Source: Octopus vulgaris (Eukaryota). From it: a stretch of DNA of 64,000 nucleotides. Both the position numbers and the translations under genes were made by a program. This document shows positions 1 to 12,450 of the stretch, in pieces (position 1 is the first letter of the stretch; each line of letters starts with the position of its first letter). The notes below the pieces were generated by a model. It worked only from the letters and a program-made list of their open reading frames with translations. It did not search any database and was not told the origin of the DNA. Location: the NCBI GenBank assembly GCA_951406725.2, contig OX597819.1, positions 4,960,001-5,024,000 on the forward strand, written 5' to 3'.

Positions 1-448
1 GGCTCTCAATTTTGTATTTCATCCTCCCGGGATCGACAAAGTAGTTGTAGTAAAATAAAAAATAAAAACTTTACTATACTGTACTGTTATTATTTAATTA
101 TTGTTGTATGTACAATACATAAAAACATACATGTACTGAATTTATTTACAAACACACTTATTAAAACTAGCTCACAGATATGAGCTTATTATAAGGACTT
201 TACATGTAACATAAAAATACTAATTTCACTTCACTTTTGCAAAATTAAACTTTAATTAAGGGCTTTATATCATTACAAACTTTTTCATTTTATTTCAATC
301 AGCAAAACTTTTCTCCGCGGGAATGTCTGTCAGTTGCCAACCATTCTTCCATTTCATCATATGTTAGAATGTTCATTGGGTTATTCTCAGCTGCACTTTC
401 TCTGAGGCCACTAAAAGGTATGGATTTCTTCCATGACTTTTGGAATCA

Positions 449-700
449 TTTTTTTCGCGCTAAGAGTTGCTGAAGTATGGAACAAACTGCCGGCATCAGT
501 TGTTAGTTGTCGGAGCACTGCATCCTTCAAAACTTCCATGCTTCCTGAGATTCGCCAACACTACACCTGATTTTCTCCCCTCCATACACACGCAAGCATG
601 TATCTGACTCATACACTGTTTACTTTCCAGACATTTGTACATTACTACATATACTTTATACGCACTTTTGTGGTTCACCTGAGCACTGTATACAATAATT

Positions 701-758
<58 letters not shown>

Positions 759-766
759 CATTATTA
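449..766 (+). mobile_element. CR1/L2-group LINE 3' fragment with (ATT)n tail
   Basis: Translates to FFALRVAEVWNKLPASVVSCRSTASFKTSML, the CR1-type RT C-terminal motif FF..RV...WN.LP..VV...S...FK. Followed by a short UTR and (ATT)n at 703-766. Confidence 0.85.
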
Positions 767-910
767 AAAATAAACCATTCAAATTCATCTCTGAGGAATT
801 TTGATGAAAATTCCTCAGATACTGATGGTAGCTTTCTTTTGTCTGAAGATTATGAGGAAGAGCAGCATGCCCTCAAGTGTCTAAGTAAACCAACACTTGA
901 TACTACAGAG

Positions 911-1146
911 CAGTGGTTTTCAACCAGGGTCCATATAAGATTTTGTTGTTAAATTTTATTAGCAATAAATTGGTTATACTTCTACAATGCGCAAAATGTT
1001 TTAGCAATTTTGTTTATACAATTCCTAGTAACATTTAATTATAAAAAAATAATGTGATCTTTTTAAGCATCAGCTGGCTAGGAGGGTACATCAAAGTAAA
1101 TTAGGAATCAAAGGGTCCATAGGTAAAAAATGGTCAAGAAACACTG
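911..1146. mobile_element. hAT (Charlie-like) MITE
   Basis: Imperfect TIRs CAGTGGTTTTCAACC ... GGTCAAGAAACACTG; degenerate 8-bp flanks ctacagag / ctatcaag. Confidence 0.6.
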
Positions 1147-1875
1147 CTATCAAGTTTTTCTTCCTACTTTTGCTTTGCAGTTTTAAAGAGAGAGTCTGTC
1201 TCCACAATCTAGTCTTTAGGCTTGGAGATCAGACCACAGTGGCTCACATAGATAAGATTATTGCACTAACCAACAAACTGTAGGTTTTACATTGGAGTAG
1301 CCTTCTCCAAAATAAATTGCTTTACAACACTGGAGAACTCACTTAACCTAGTCCTCAAATATGATACTCAAATAAAAACCTTCTTAAAACGACATTTCCT
1401 TGCCAATGCAACTGGCAAAGACTGGAGAGTTTTCACTGTAATATCAGAATTCACTGTTTTTCTCCTTTGGTGCAATTTTAGGTTTTTAATCACACTCTGT
1501 TTCACAAACTGGATCGATGATGTCCAAATAGCGGGTAGGTAGATGACAAAAATATTGCCTGGTACCATTTGCTATGCTGGGAAATGAGCCCTCCAAAAGT
1601 TCAAAAAGAGAATAGGCTGTCATTTCTGAAATTTTCTTTTGATTCTGGACCCAATGATTAAAAAGAAACCAATTCCTGATGTAATATTCCTTATGACTAT
1701 CCTAAATCACTTGCAAAGACATTTCCTTAAATGACCAACGTGTCTTATATTTTCTGGTATTAAAAAGATTCCACTTAGAGGTGCCAGATTCATTGACAGG
1801 TTTTTTTATTATTTATATAAATGTGTGTGTGTGTGTGTGAGGGGCTCTGTCCATTTGAATCCATTATGCCCCTCC

Positions 1876-2625
1876 GGATCTTTTCCTTTTGAACGGCACT
1901 TTTCAACACAATTTCTGGTTAACTAAACACTTTTAAACTTCGTATACTGGTAGAATGTGTCAAAATAAAACATTTTTTTCTCTTAGCTTTCTTGAGAAAA
2001 TTGTAATTTGTAAGTTTAACGTAGTTTAATTTTTCGAATTTCAACCAATCCTATGGCCTCTATTTAGCTAAAATCATTTGCTGCGTCTAAAACTGAGACA
2101 ACATCCTGTCACTAACCCTAACCCTCACCCTAACCCTAAATTTTAGCCTTTCGGGGGTTTTTTCTTAATTGTTAAATTAATTTAATTGTTACGCGTGTGT
2201 CTAAAATTATTCGTTTTGTTTTTGTTTTGAGTTTTTGCTTTCGTTTTAGCCTTTCGTTTTTTTTTCTTAATTGTTAAATTAAAATCATTTTCCATTGCTT
2301 TCATTTTTTTTCCTTAATTGTTATCCTTAAATTAATTTAACAATTAAGAAAAAAAATAACTGAAGGCTAAAATTTAGGGTTAGGGTTAGTGACAGGATGT
2401 TGTCTCAGTTTTAGATGCAGCAAATGATTTTAGCTCAATTAGAGGCAATTGATTGGTTAAAATTCGAAAAATTAAACTACGTTAAACTTACAAATTATAA
2501 TTTTCTCAAGAAAGGCAAAAGAAAAAAATGTTTTATTTTGACACATTCTACCAGTATACGAAGTTTAAAAGTGCTTAGTTAACTAGAAATTGTGTTGAAA
2601 ACTGCCGTTCAAAAGGAAAAGATCC
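1876..2625. mobile_element. Fold-back non-autonomous DNA transposon with long TIRs and internal (CCCTAA)/(TTAGGG) units; possibly Merlin-like
   Basis: GGATCTTTTCCTTTTGAACGGCA ... TGCCGTTCAAAAGGAAAAGATCC; the arms pair over >250 bp; 8-bp TSD gcccctcc / acccctcc. Superfamily inferred from GG..CC ends plus the 8-bp TSD. Confidence 0.8.
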
Positions 2626-2872
2626 ACCCCTCCCAATCCACATCTATTACTTATTCTGTACCCTTACATGTCCTTATCATGAGCACTGGGGTTGATGTAA
2701 TCAACTCACTTCCTTCCCTGAACTTGTTAGCCTTGTGCAAAAATTTGAAATCAATATTTTTTAATTGTGCTTCTTACTGATATGGGTAACGTTGGACTGA
2801 CAATTTTAGTTCACCATTACATTATATTACTCAGCAGTAATATAGGTAATTATATTACTCAGCAGTAAAAAA

Positions 2873-3104
2873 GGTGGTGAGATGGCAGAAACGTTAGCGT
2901 GCTGGACAAAATGCTAAACGGTATTTCATCTGCCGCTACGTTCTGAGTTCAAATTCTGCCGAGGTCGACTTTGCCTTTCATCCTTTCGGGGTCGATTAAA
3001 TAAGTACCAGTTACGCACTGGGGTCGATATAATCGACTTAATCCGTTTGTCTGTCCTTGTTTGTCCCCTCTGTGTTTGGCCCCTTGTGGGTAGTAAAGAA
3101 ATAG
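2873..3104 (+). mobile_element. tRNA-derived SINE with Nin/Deu-type central domain
   Basis: A/B boxes TGGCAGAAACG / GAGTTCAAATTC; core GCCTTTCATCCTTTCGGGGTCGATTAAATAAGTACCAG; 15-bp TSD ATATTACTCAGCAGT (2852-2866, 3105-3119). Confidence 0.85.
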
Positions 3105-3619
3105 ATATTACTCAGCAGTTAATGGAAACCAAGGCTAGGAAATTACTTGTTTAAAAAAATCCATCTCTTGTAACACTGTCCATCACATTTATGCTATTTG
3201 ATATATTAAACCAGATTATTTTCATATTCTTGATGACTGGAGTATCATTATTAGTGTATCAAATGAGTTGCGTAACTTCTCATTTGAGTAACTACATATC
3301 AATTATTATTATTAAAGGAACTTGCACTTTACATAAGCAACAGATTCTTAAGGATAATTCGCAATACATACAAGGACTTAGTTATCTTGAAATTTATCAC
3401 TTGGTGTAAATACAGAAAAATGAAACATGCATAGTAACAAAAGTACACTGAATTATTTATAATTATTGTTCAATATAAGTATTATAAAGAACATTTCTAC
3501 AATCATTTCTACACCAACAAATCAATATGATATCAATACAAATGATAACCAGTCTCCCTCTGAACATCATCAGAATAAACAAAGAGAACTGCTGCCACCT
3601 GGTGAAGAAAGCAGAGTAT

Positions 3620-3997
3620 CTTTTATCTTTTATTTGTGTCAGTCATTAGACTGTGGCCATGCTGGGGCACTGCCTTGAAGAACTTTTTAGTTGGATGAAT
3701 CAACCCCAGTACTTATCCTTTGTTAAGCCTGATACTTATTCTATTGGTCTCTTTTGCCAAACCACTAAGTTACAGGGATGTAAACACACCAACACCAGTT
3801 GTCAAGTAGTGGTGAGGGACAAACACAGACACAAACACACACACAAGAGCTTCTTTCAGTTTACATCTACCAAATCCTTTTACATTTGGTTGGCTTGAGG
3901 CTATAGTAGAATACACTTGCTCAAGGAGTCACCCAGTGGGACTGAACCCAGTACCACGTAGTTGGGAAGAAAGCTTCTTACCACACAGCCATGCATA
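3620..3997 (-). mobile_element. tRNA-derived CORE-type SINE (old copy)
   Basis: Diverged match to the copies at 6818-7195 and 39670-40073. Confidence 0.75.
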
Positions 3998-4129
3998 TGC
4001 CAAGAAGAAGTGTTTTTTTTTTACTTGAATGCTGCACGTCAAAGATGAGGATCGTGTGTGGAACATCACTGAAGCAAGGGGAAAAGTTTAAGCATTTTAG
4101 AGTCACATTCAAGAGACTGATGGAGGCCA

Positions 4130-4560
4130 AATAGAATTCTAGATTTGCAGGTGTTGGCACAATAAAGTACCAACTTCAGAAGAGGAAAGGTTGATAAAAA
4201 AAACAAACCAAAATTGCTATCTTCAGTTCGAATTTCATTCCTGTCCTCACCTATAGTTATGAATGTTGGGTAATGACCTGAAGAATACAGTCACAAATAC
4301 AAGTGGCCAAAATAGGGATACTGTGAAGGATCTCAAGAGTAACATCATATATCAGGGTGTGCAACTCAGAGACCAGGAAACCTCTCCAAGTTGAACTGTT
4401 ACTTCTTGACATTGAGAGATCACAACTCTGGTACTACAGACATGTAATTAGAATGCTACAGGAAAGAATTACAAGATAGATTCTTCAAACTGAGCCAACT
4501 GTCAGGAGCCCTAGGGGATGACCATGAGCCATCCAGGAATAGTGGATGGAGAAAATAGAT
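4130..4560 (+). mobile_element. Decayed RTE-clade LINE 3' fragment
   Basis: 'IPVLTYSYECWVMT.RIQSQIQVA..G.L..I' matches the RTE post-RT motif P.LTYG.E.W; contains stops. Confidence 0.65.
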
Positions 4561-5504
4561 GGATGGGTGAATTTTTTCTTTTTTCAGTTGTTTTAGTCTA
4601 AATGATGCTGAGCCCCTGGCCTTTACATGTCCCCTAGGGCTAGTGAAACTAATTTCATCAATATTGCTCTTAACATGTTGTAGTTCAATGGTTGCAGGAA
4701 AAAACTAATCAAGGAGAGGGTTCCAAAGGGCCAACATCCCAGTAAGGAAAGATAGTGGGAAGTGGTTAGTGGTGGGGTATGAGGTCACTTAAGCCCTTCA
4801 CTCCCTATGGAGCATAGCTCATTGACAACTTCTCTCCACTGTTCTCAACTCCGGGATATCTTTCTCAAGCCTTGTTGGTTTTGAATTGCCATCATTGCTC
4901 CTGTGACTTTGCTTTTAGGATGTTGGCCCTATGCAAACCTGTTTTCATCGCAGAGAAGAGTTGGTCTATATTAGTCTGGCCTCTTTACATGTAAAAATTC
5001 AAAAGTTTAAAAAAAACAGGCTTTTAAAACTTTTTAAAACTCTTATATTCATGAATCTTTAAAGATTTTATATCTGTGATCTTTAAAAGAAATTTATATC
5101 CACCAACTTATAACAGAAAATTGAAACACCTTCTACTCTACTGCCTCTGTTGTATTTGATCCTGTTTTATTTTATTTTATTTCTTCTCATCTTACTCCCA
5201 GTCTAACCTACTAATGGCATTACCCTGATATCTTACTAAACTAAAACTATCTTGCCTCAGATACACCAACACATTATCCATATATATATATTATATAGAG
5301 GTTATTGTTACACATAAATGCCACACACTAGGAGGGACTCTTAAAGTCAAAACCCCTCTTATGAGGTTTTTCACACTAACTACTTGAAAAATTCTTATAA
5401 AGATTTTATCCTATTTTAAAATTATATACATACATATATATATATACATACATATATACATACATATATATATATATATATATAAACACACACGCATGTA
5501 TGTA

Positions 5505-6736
5505 TTGGGTCATCTCATAAATAATGCTTTTTTTATACTTTTATTTTTCAAAATTAAGATAAGCAAAGTTCTTTTTTAATCTAAAACATACTCCCCTTCA
5601 TATTCTACAATGTTCTTCCATCTATCTGGAAGACTTGCAAGGCCTCTCTTCCAAAATTCACTTGTCCGTGATGAAAAATACTCTTCCAGAACTGTTCTGA
5701 CCACATCTACAGAATTCATATTTTTTCTGTCCAAATGATTTTGAAGACTGCGGAATAAATGATAATCAGATGGGGCAATGTCCAGCGAATATGGTGGATG
5801 GGGCATCGTTTCCATTCAAACAGCTCCGGCCTTTGGAATGTCATCCTCACTATATGTGGCTAAGCATTATCCAGATGAAAGAACAACTTTCGTCTTGAAA
5901 CCAAAGATGGTCGCTTTACTTGTAGCATTGACTTAAGCCACTCAAGCTGTTCACAGTAGATCTCCTTTGCTATCACTTGGTTTGGGTTGAGAGATTCAAA
6001 GTGGACTAAACCTTTCATATCCCACCAAACAGATGACAACACCTTACATGGGTGAAGACCTTCTTTAGACTGAGGTGCCGGGGTTTCTCCTTTCCCTACA
6101 CACTGTCTTCAGTGCTTGACATTTTAATAGAGAATCTATTTCTCATCCCCAATCACTATTTGGTCCAAAAAAGATTCACTCATGAGACATAAGAGCAAAG
6201 AAGAGCACACATTCACTCAGAAAGTTTGTGAGGAATCCATTGACCCAATTTGCTGACTTTTTTTCCGGTGGCATACAGGTGTCAATGAATGGTTGGATGA
6301 CCAAATCTAAGCTTCTCTGCTAGTTCCTCAATAGTTACAATGGGATTTTGTTCCACCAAGGTTTGCATGACATCTTCATTGAGCTCTACAGATGTTCCAG
6401 GATGAGATTCATCTTCCAGCTTAGGGTTTTTGGAACCGCCATTGACACTAGCTTATATGTATTGTCCGATCCCTGTAAATTACATTAATGTTCATTGCAC
6501 TTTCTGCTGTGTTGTTGCCTTTATTGAACTCATAAAGCAAAATATGCCCACCATTATGGCTTTGAAGAAATAGCTGTCAAAATCGAACGGGACTCTTCAA
6601 ACTTGCACTAAGAATGAATACAAAGTAAAATTGCTACCTGCTTCTATAGCAAGTTGATGCAGATAATTTATCCCATCCCTCTCCGACATTTTGTTCATGC
6701 AATTGAAAAAACCGCATTATTTATAGGATGAGCCAG
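5505..6736 (-). mobile_element. Full-length but decayed mariner (DD34D) transposon
   Basis: TIRs TTGGGTCATCTCATAAATAATGC / GCATTATTTATAGGATGAGCCAG, TA flanks, ~1.23 kb. Fragments 'VWWDMKG', 'HLDNA', 'HPPYSLDIAPSDYHLF', 'LPDRW..IVE.EGEY'. Confidence 0.92.
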
Positions 6737-6780
6737 TATATGTATACCTATATATATGCACACATATACATATGTATGTA

Positions 6781-6817
<37 letters not shown>

Positions 6818-6819
<2 letters not shown>

Positions 6820-7193
6820 TTCTTTTACTTGTTTGACTGCGGCCATGCTGGAGCACCGCCTTTAGTCGAGCAAATCGACCCCGGGACTTATTCTTTGTAA
6901 GCCCAGTACTTATTCTATCGGTCTCTTTTGCCGAACCGTTAAGTGACGGGGACATAAACACACCAGCATCGGTTGCCAAGCAATGCTAGGGGGACAAACA
7001 CACAAACACACACACACACATATACATATATACGACGGGCTTCTTTCAGTTTCCGTCTACCAAATCCACTCACAAGGCATTGGTCGGCCCGGGGCTATAG
7101 CAGAAGACACTTGCCCAAGATGCCATGCAGTGGGACTGAACCCGGAGTCATGTGGTTGGTTAGCAAGCTACTTACCACACAGCCACTCCTGCG

Positions 7194-7195
<2 letters not shown>
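6818..7195 (-). mobile_element. tRNA-derived CORE-type SINE (young copy)
   Basis: Minus-strand head GGCGCAGGAGTGGCTGTGTGGTAAG...GGTTCAGTCCC, CORE-like CTTGGGCAAGTG, internal microsatellite, conserved tail ...CCAGCATGGCCGCAGTCAA. Confidence 0.88.
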
Positions 7196-7265
<70 letters not shown>

Positions 7266-7377
7266 CATATATATATATATGCATATGTATATACATATGC
7301 ATATGTATATATATTTGTGTATGTGTGTATACACACATATATATAGATAGGTAAATATACATATGTATATATTTATA

Positions 7378-7414
<37 letters not shown>

Positions 7415-7437
7415 TCACACACATACATACATATACA

Positions 7438-7597
7438 TGGCATGACTGTGTGGTAAGAAGCTTATTTTCCAACCACATGGTTCCGGGTTCAGTCCCACTG
7501 TGTGACTCCTTGGGCAAGTGTCTTCTACTATGTTTTCGAGCCGACCAAATCCTTGTGAGTGGATTTGGTAGACGGAATCTGAAAGAAGCCCGTCGTA

Positions 7598-7652
<55 letters not shown>

Positions 7653-7868
7653 TATATTTATGTGTTTGTGTTTGTTCCCCCTACCCTCCCCCATCGCTTG
7701 ACAACTGATGCTGGTGTGTTTACATCCTCCGTAACTTAGTGGTTCGGCAGAAGAGACCGATAGAATAAGCACCAGGCTTACAAAGAATAAGTCCAGGGAT
7801 CAATTTCTCCAACCAAAAGATGGTGCTCCAGCATGGCCACAGTCAAATGACTGAAACAAGTAAAAGAA
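7438..7868 (+). mobile_element. tRNA-derived CORE-type SINE, inverted relative to its neighbour
   Basis: Reverse-complement match to 6818-7195. Confidence 0.85.
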
Positions 7869-7952
7869 TATATATATACTCATGCATATATATCTATATA
7901 TACATATGTGTATAGATATATGTATATATATCTGTGTGTGTATGTAAATATA

Positions 7953-8230
7953 CATCATCATCATCATCGTTTAGCATCCGCTTTCCATGCTGGCATGGGT
8001 TGGACGGTGCAACTGGGGTCTGGGAAGCCAGGAGGCTGCACCAGGCCCAGTTTGATCTGGCAATGTTTCTACGGCTGGATGCCCTTCCTAACGCCAACCA
8101 CTCCATGAGTGTATTGGGTGCTTTTTACGTGCCACTGGCACGGAGGCCAGGCGAGGCTGGCAAACAGCCACGATCGGATGGTGCTTTTTACGTACCACCG
8201 ACACGGAAGCCAGTCAGGTGGCATGGACTG
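7953..8230 (-). mobile_element. Meta-domain SINE / RTE-associated repeat with (GAT)n tail
   Basis: Minus strand GGTTGGCGTTAGGAAGGGCATCCAGCCGTAGAA ... CCCATGCCAGCATGGAAAGCGGA..AACGATGATGATG. Confidence 0.75.
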
Positions 8231-8329
8231 GCTTCCAAATGTATGTATAAATGCATTTAATATTTTGTATTGTAATTCGCATCAAAACCATTATTATAAG
8301 ACAAAATAGCACAATTCAAGGCAATATCA

Positions 8330-9560
8330 TGCGAGACAGCAAGCCTTTGGAGGTTGTAAAAGATTCTGCTATCTCAGGTCCACAATGACTTCATTAACCT
8401 CCCTAGATGCCATAATAAGCATCAGGATAGGAAAAGTAGCTACAGCCTTTGGTAGACTCAGTAAGAGAGCATGGAACACCAAAAACCAAAATCAGAATTT
8501 ATGAAGCATGCATATTGAGCACCCTCTTTTATGGATTAGGGACCTAGACATTATACACAGGACAAGGGAAGAAGTTCAATGTCTTTCATCTGTGATGTCT
8601 GTACAAGATCCTTCGCATCACCTGCCAAGACAAAATAATCAACAAATCAAAAATCAAAAATCAAAGAATCAAATCAAAATCGATGAACATCAATGGAATT
8701 TGTAGTTTTGTGGTACCAGTGCCAGTGGCACATAAGAGAACCATCCGAACGTGGTCGTAGCCAGCACCGCATCGACTGGCCTCCGTGCTGCTGGCACGTA
8801 ACAAACACCATCCAATAGTGGCCGTGCCAGCCCCGCCTGGCCTTCATGCCGGTGGCACGTAAAAAACACCATTCGAGCGTGGCCGTTCGCCAGCCTCGTC
8901 TGGCACCTGTGTCGGTGGCACATAAAAAGCACCCACTACACTCACGGAGTGGTTGGCATTAGGAAGGGCATCCAGCTGCAGAAACACTGCCAGATCTGAC
9001 TGGCCTGGTGCAGCCTTCTGGCTTCCCAGACCCCAGTTGAACCGTCCAACCCATGCTAGCATGGAAAGCGGACGTTAAACGATGATGATGATGATGATGA
9101 TGATGAGAATTCTTGAAATAAGCAGCACTTCTGAGCATAACAACTATTCTATACAAAAGGAAACTTAGATGGCTTGGATATGTGAAGCAGATGGCTGACA
9201 ACAGAATTCTCAAGCAGTTGGTTAAGAATAGCAGACTCAGATGACGACTAAAGCCGAGATTCAAGGACACGTGTAAGAGCAGCCTGACCAAGTGTCACAT
9301 CAATGCAACGATTTGGGGGAAGTTAACTGGGGACAGACCATCATCGAAGACTTCAGTGAACAAAGGAATCAAACAGTTAGAAGAAGAAAACATCTTGGCC
9401 CTTGAAGCAAAAAGACTACAGAAAGGAAGACGACACGCCGCTGCCGCGCAAGCACCTTCCTTGCTTGTAGGTTTTGCGGCAGAGCTTGCTCATCGAACTT
9501 AGGAAAGATCAGCCATGAAAAAAGCTGCAAGAAGAAGACTACGAGTGTCTAATTAAGACA
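8330..9560 (+). mobile_element. Decayed RTE-BovB-like LINE 3' fragment, interrupted by a SINE at ~8660-9105
   Basis: 'SLDA.ISIRIGK.ATAFGRLSKRAW' before the SINE and 'RKLRWLGYVKQMADNRI.KQL...RFKDTCK' after it. Confidence 0.7.
8660..9105 (+). mobile_element. Meta-domain SINE with (GAT)n tail
   Basis: Same family as 7953-8230 in the opposite orientation. Further copies at ~13620-13815, 19450-19762, 23755-24155, 33095-33270, 36635-36790, 40800-41000, 44367-44680 and 54500-54640. Confidence 0.78.
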
Positions 9561-9598
9561 TTCTCCGTTGCTAAGACAGTCTGTCAAGATATAAAGAG

Positions 9599-9631
<33 letters not shown>

Positions 9632-10440
9632 CAATTGTGAAATTATGAACAACTGAACGTTTTCATTTTTATAATTTCGAGTTATTTCCCTTTACCCAGT
9701 TACAGTTCCTACCATTATTTTTTCCCAATTTGTTATATTTTCCTTTCCTTTTTTGTTGGTTATTCTTTTCTTCCCTTTTTCGTTATTCTCACTTTTTAAC
9801 TGTACATTTATATATATATATATACATAAGTTTATTTTCTGTACTCACTTCTTTGTACGCGCCTTCAATATTTTACTAAACTAAAATGTGTTGTTTTTTC
9901 AATGTATATACAGGCAGAAGCCCCAGGCGTGGTTGTGGGGTGAAGAAGCCTGCTTCCCCAGCACATGGTCATGGGTCAAATCTCACTGCTCAGAACCTTG
10001 AACATGTGTATTCCGCTATAGCTACGAGTCAATCATAGCTTTGTGAGTAGATTTGGTTACCAGAAACTGAAAAAGTTCGTTGCTTATATATAGGCATATA
10101 TATATATGCATATATATATGCATATATCTTTATTACTCTTTATCTTATATTAAACTTTTAATATTTTTTGATAGTTTAAAATAAAAAAATAAAAATTAAT
10201 AAATAAATAAATAAATAAATATAAAATAATAACAAAAAATATATATATATATATTTAAAATTTGTAAGTTTAATTTATTAATTTAAATAATTTTTTAAAA
10301 TTTTAACTTTAATTTAAATATTTTAATTGGATTTTTATATTTTATATTTTATAATTTTTATATTTTTTAATTAATTTTATTTCTATGTATTGGCTTAAGT
10401 TTTTCACTGTTTGATTTGCCTAATAGTGGTTTTATCTCTA

Positions 10441-10503
<63 letters not shown>

Positions 10504-11872
10504 CACACACACACTAGCTGAGTAACCCACCTAGCAATGTTTACAATAGATTGTCTTATATAAATTTTTATTTATTCCATGTCAGGGCATTTCTTCCCCA
10601 GCAGGGAAGGCCACTTGATCAGGACAGATTTGTGCAATTTTTTGTCAAAAAACTTCGTTGAGGATTTTTTACCTTTTTAAATTATTTACATGTCTGTTCA
10701 CCTGACTTTATTTCACCTGACTTTATTCTTTAAATCTTCAGAAGTTCTTATAATTGGTTGTCGAAATCCTTTGCTTTCGTTTGGTTAATAAAAATTCCTC
10801 CTGAAATGATTTTGCTTTCATCATGCAGAAAATGCCAGCTTCCAAATCCTGTTTTCTGATTAGGTAAAACTGATTAAACTTTAAACCTCAGTAACATTTT
10901 TCTGCAATTTTTCTGGAACAAATTACAAAATCAGATTTTACGGGGAAAATTATTTCAATATACCAAATTTGAAAATTTTGATGTAATTTTAAAATCTCAC
11001 AATATGTGACAGCAACAGGGAAAACCCTACAAAAGTAGAGAGACAAACAGTTATAGGACGTCACACACACACACAAATACACACATACACACACACATGC
11101 ACACACACACATTTACAAATGTACACACAAGTAATCACGAGTTTAAAATGGTGTATAGTAGACATGTATGTATGTTTGTATATATGTATGTAGGTACATA
11201 TGTATATGTGTGTGTGTGTGTATGTATGTGTGTGTGTGCGTGTGTGTGTATGTATGTGTGTGTGTATGTGTGTGTGTGTATGTATGTGTGTGTGTGCGTG
11301 TGAGTGAGTGTGTGTGTGTGTGTGTGTGTGAGTGTTTCTTTGTGATGGACAGCAGAAAAGCTAACTGCCTCCTCTTTAAAGCTATGTATTCCTTGCACCC
11401 ACCTTTCTCTCTCTCTCTCTGTAAATTGTGTGTGTTTGTGTTTGTCTCTACCACCTCTTGACAACTGGTGTCGGTTTGTTTACTTCCCTGTATCATAGCA
11501 ATTCATCAAAAGAGATTGATGGAATAATATCAGACTTTTTCTTAAGCCTCTATCAGCCCCTTTTGCCGAACTAAAAAAATATATATATATTTCCGTCCAA
11601 CCCATGCTAGCATGGAAAACGGACGTTAAACGATGATGATGATGATGATGATGTATGTATATATATACACACATACACACAATGGGGTTCAGTACAGTTT
11701 TCCTCTACCAAATTCACTTACAAGGCTTTGGTCGGCCTGGGCTATAGTAGAAGACACTTACCCAAGGTACTGCACAGTGAGACTGAACCCAAAATCTCAT
11801 GGTTGCAAAGTAAGTTTCTTAACCACATATACATGCTCTATAAGTATACATCTATCTGTATAGATACACAAG

Positions 11873-11911
<39 letters not shown>

Positions 11912-12311
11912 CAGGTTGAGTAAAAGGTAAACAACATTTTGAACCATGAAGAATTTGTACCAGATTTTTGCAGAGTTTTGAATCTTTTTAAAACAACTGT
12001 GATGTTGTTGGAAAAATATGTTCTTTGTCTATCTCTTTATCCTCTTGGAGATTTTGGGTAAAATCATACTAATGTGTCCTTCTAATTTAATTAAATTCTA
12101 TGCCTTTGTGCAGCTGAAGATTGCTCTACATTTCAAATTAATGTAATATAATGATTGCATTGTTCAATTAAATGGAATTGCATGAAACGATCGTACTGCA
12201 TTACCTCTGGATATCCTTGTTACTTATTTTGATTTTAATCACTTTATTTTGAAATTGTATGGATAATACCATACTAAATTCTAGTGCCTCAACTTAAGTA
12301 CCATATTCATC

Positions 12312-12348
<37 letters not shown>

Positions 12349-12415
12349 CCTCGTGAGTACCACTGGTGATTTTTTTCCCTCTGTCTTCCCTTCTCGGGAT
12401 CTTTCCTTCTCCTAT

Positions 12416-12450
12416 GTTTCTGACGAAGAGCTCCGCTCGAAAAGTTAAGC
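12416..12450 (+). ncRNA. Minimal type-I hammerhead-like motif (degenerate) in a short repeat flanked by (TA)n
   Basis: GTTT-CTGACGA-A-GAGC tcc GCTC-GAAA(a)GTT-AAGC: stem I, core and stem II present; the stem III C is replaced by A. Confidence 0.55.

Larger units (their letters stand above)
300..1760 (-). mobile_element. Decayed pogo/Tigger-like (DDE_1) DNA transposon remnant, interrupted by a CR1 fragment and a hAT MITE
   Basis: ORF 1368-1568(-) 'VIYLPAIWTSSIQFVKQSVIKNLKLHQRRK' resembles the pogo/Tigger motif V.FLPPN.TSLIQPMDQGVI.NLK.HYRRK. 'SWKK...EEWL' near 330-445(-) resembles the C-terminal region. Boundaries approximate. Confidence 0.6.

Noticed and set aside
790-819. 13-bp perfect inverted repeat TCTGAGGAATTTT-gatg-AAAATTCCTCAGA
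   Set aside because: Isolated short hairpin in transposon debris with no supporting context.
3530-3618. Possible minus-strand terminal exon 'VAAVLFVYSDDVQRETGYHLY*' after a good acceptor
   Set aside because: No recognisable homology and no linked exons; cannot be supported.
6973-7772. Long ORFs rich in YI/HT/CV dipeptides (also at ~11100-11500, 21620-22030, 30360-30720, 49090-50100 and 56230-56565)
   Set aside because: Translations of (TA)n, (CA)n and SINE sequence that lack stop codons; not genes.
10150-10380. Almost pure A/T tract
   Set aside because: Low-complexity decay or low-quality sequence; no structure discerned.
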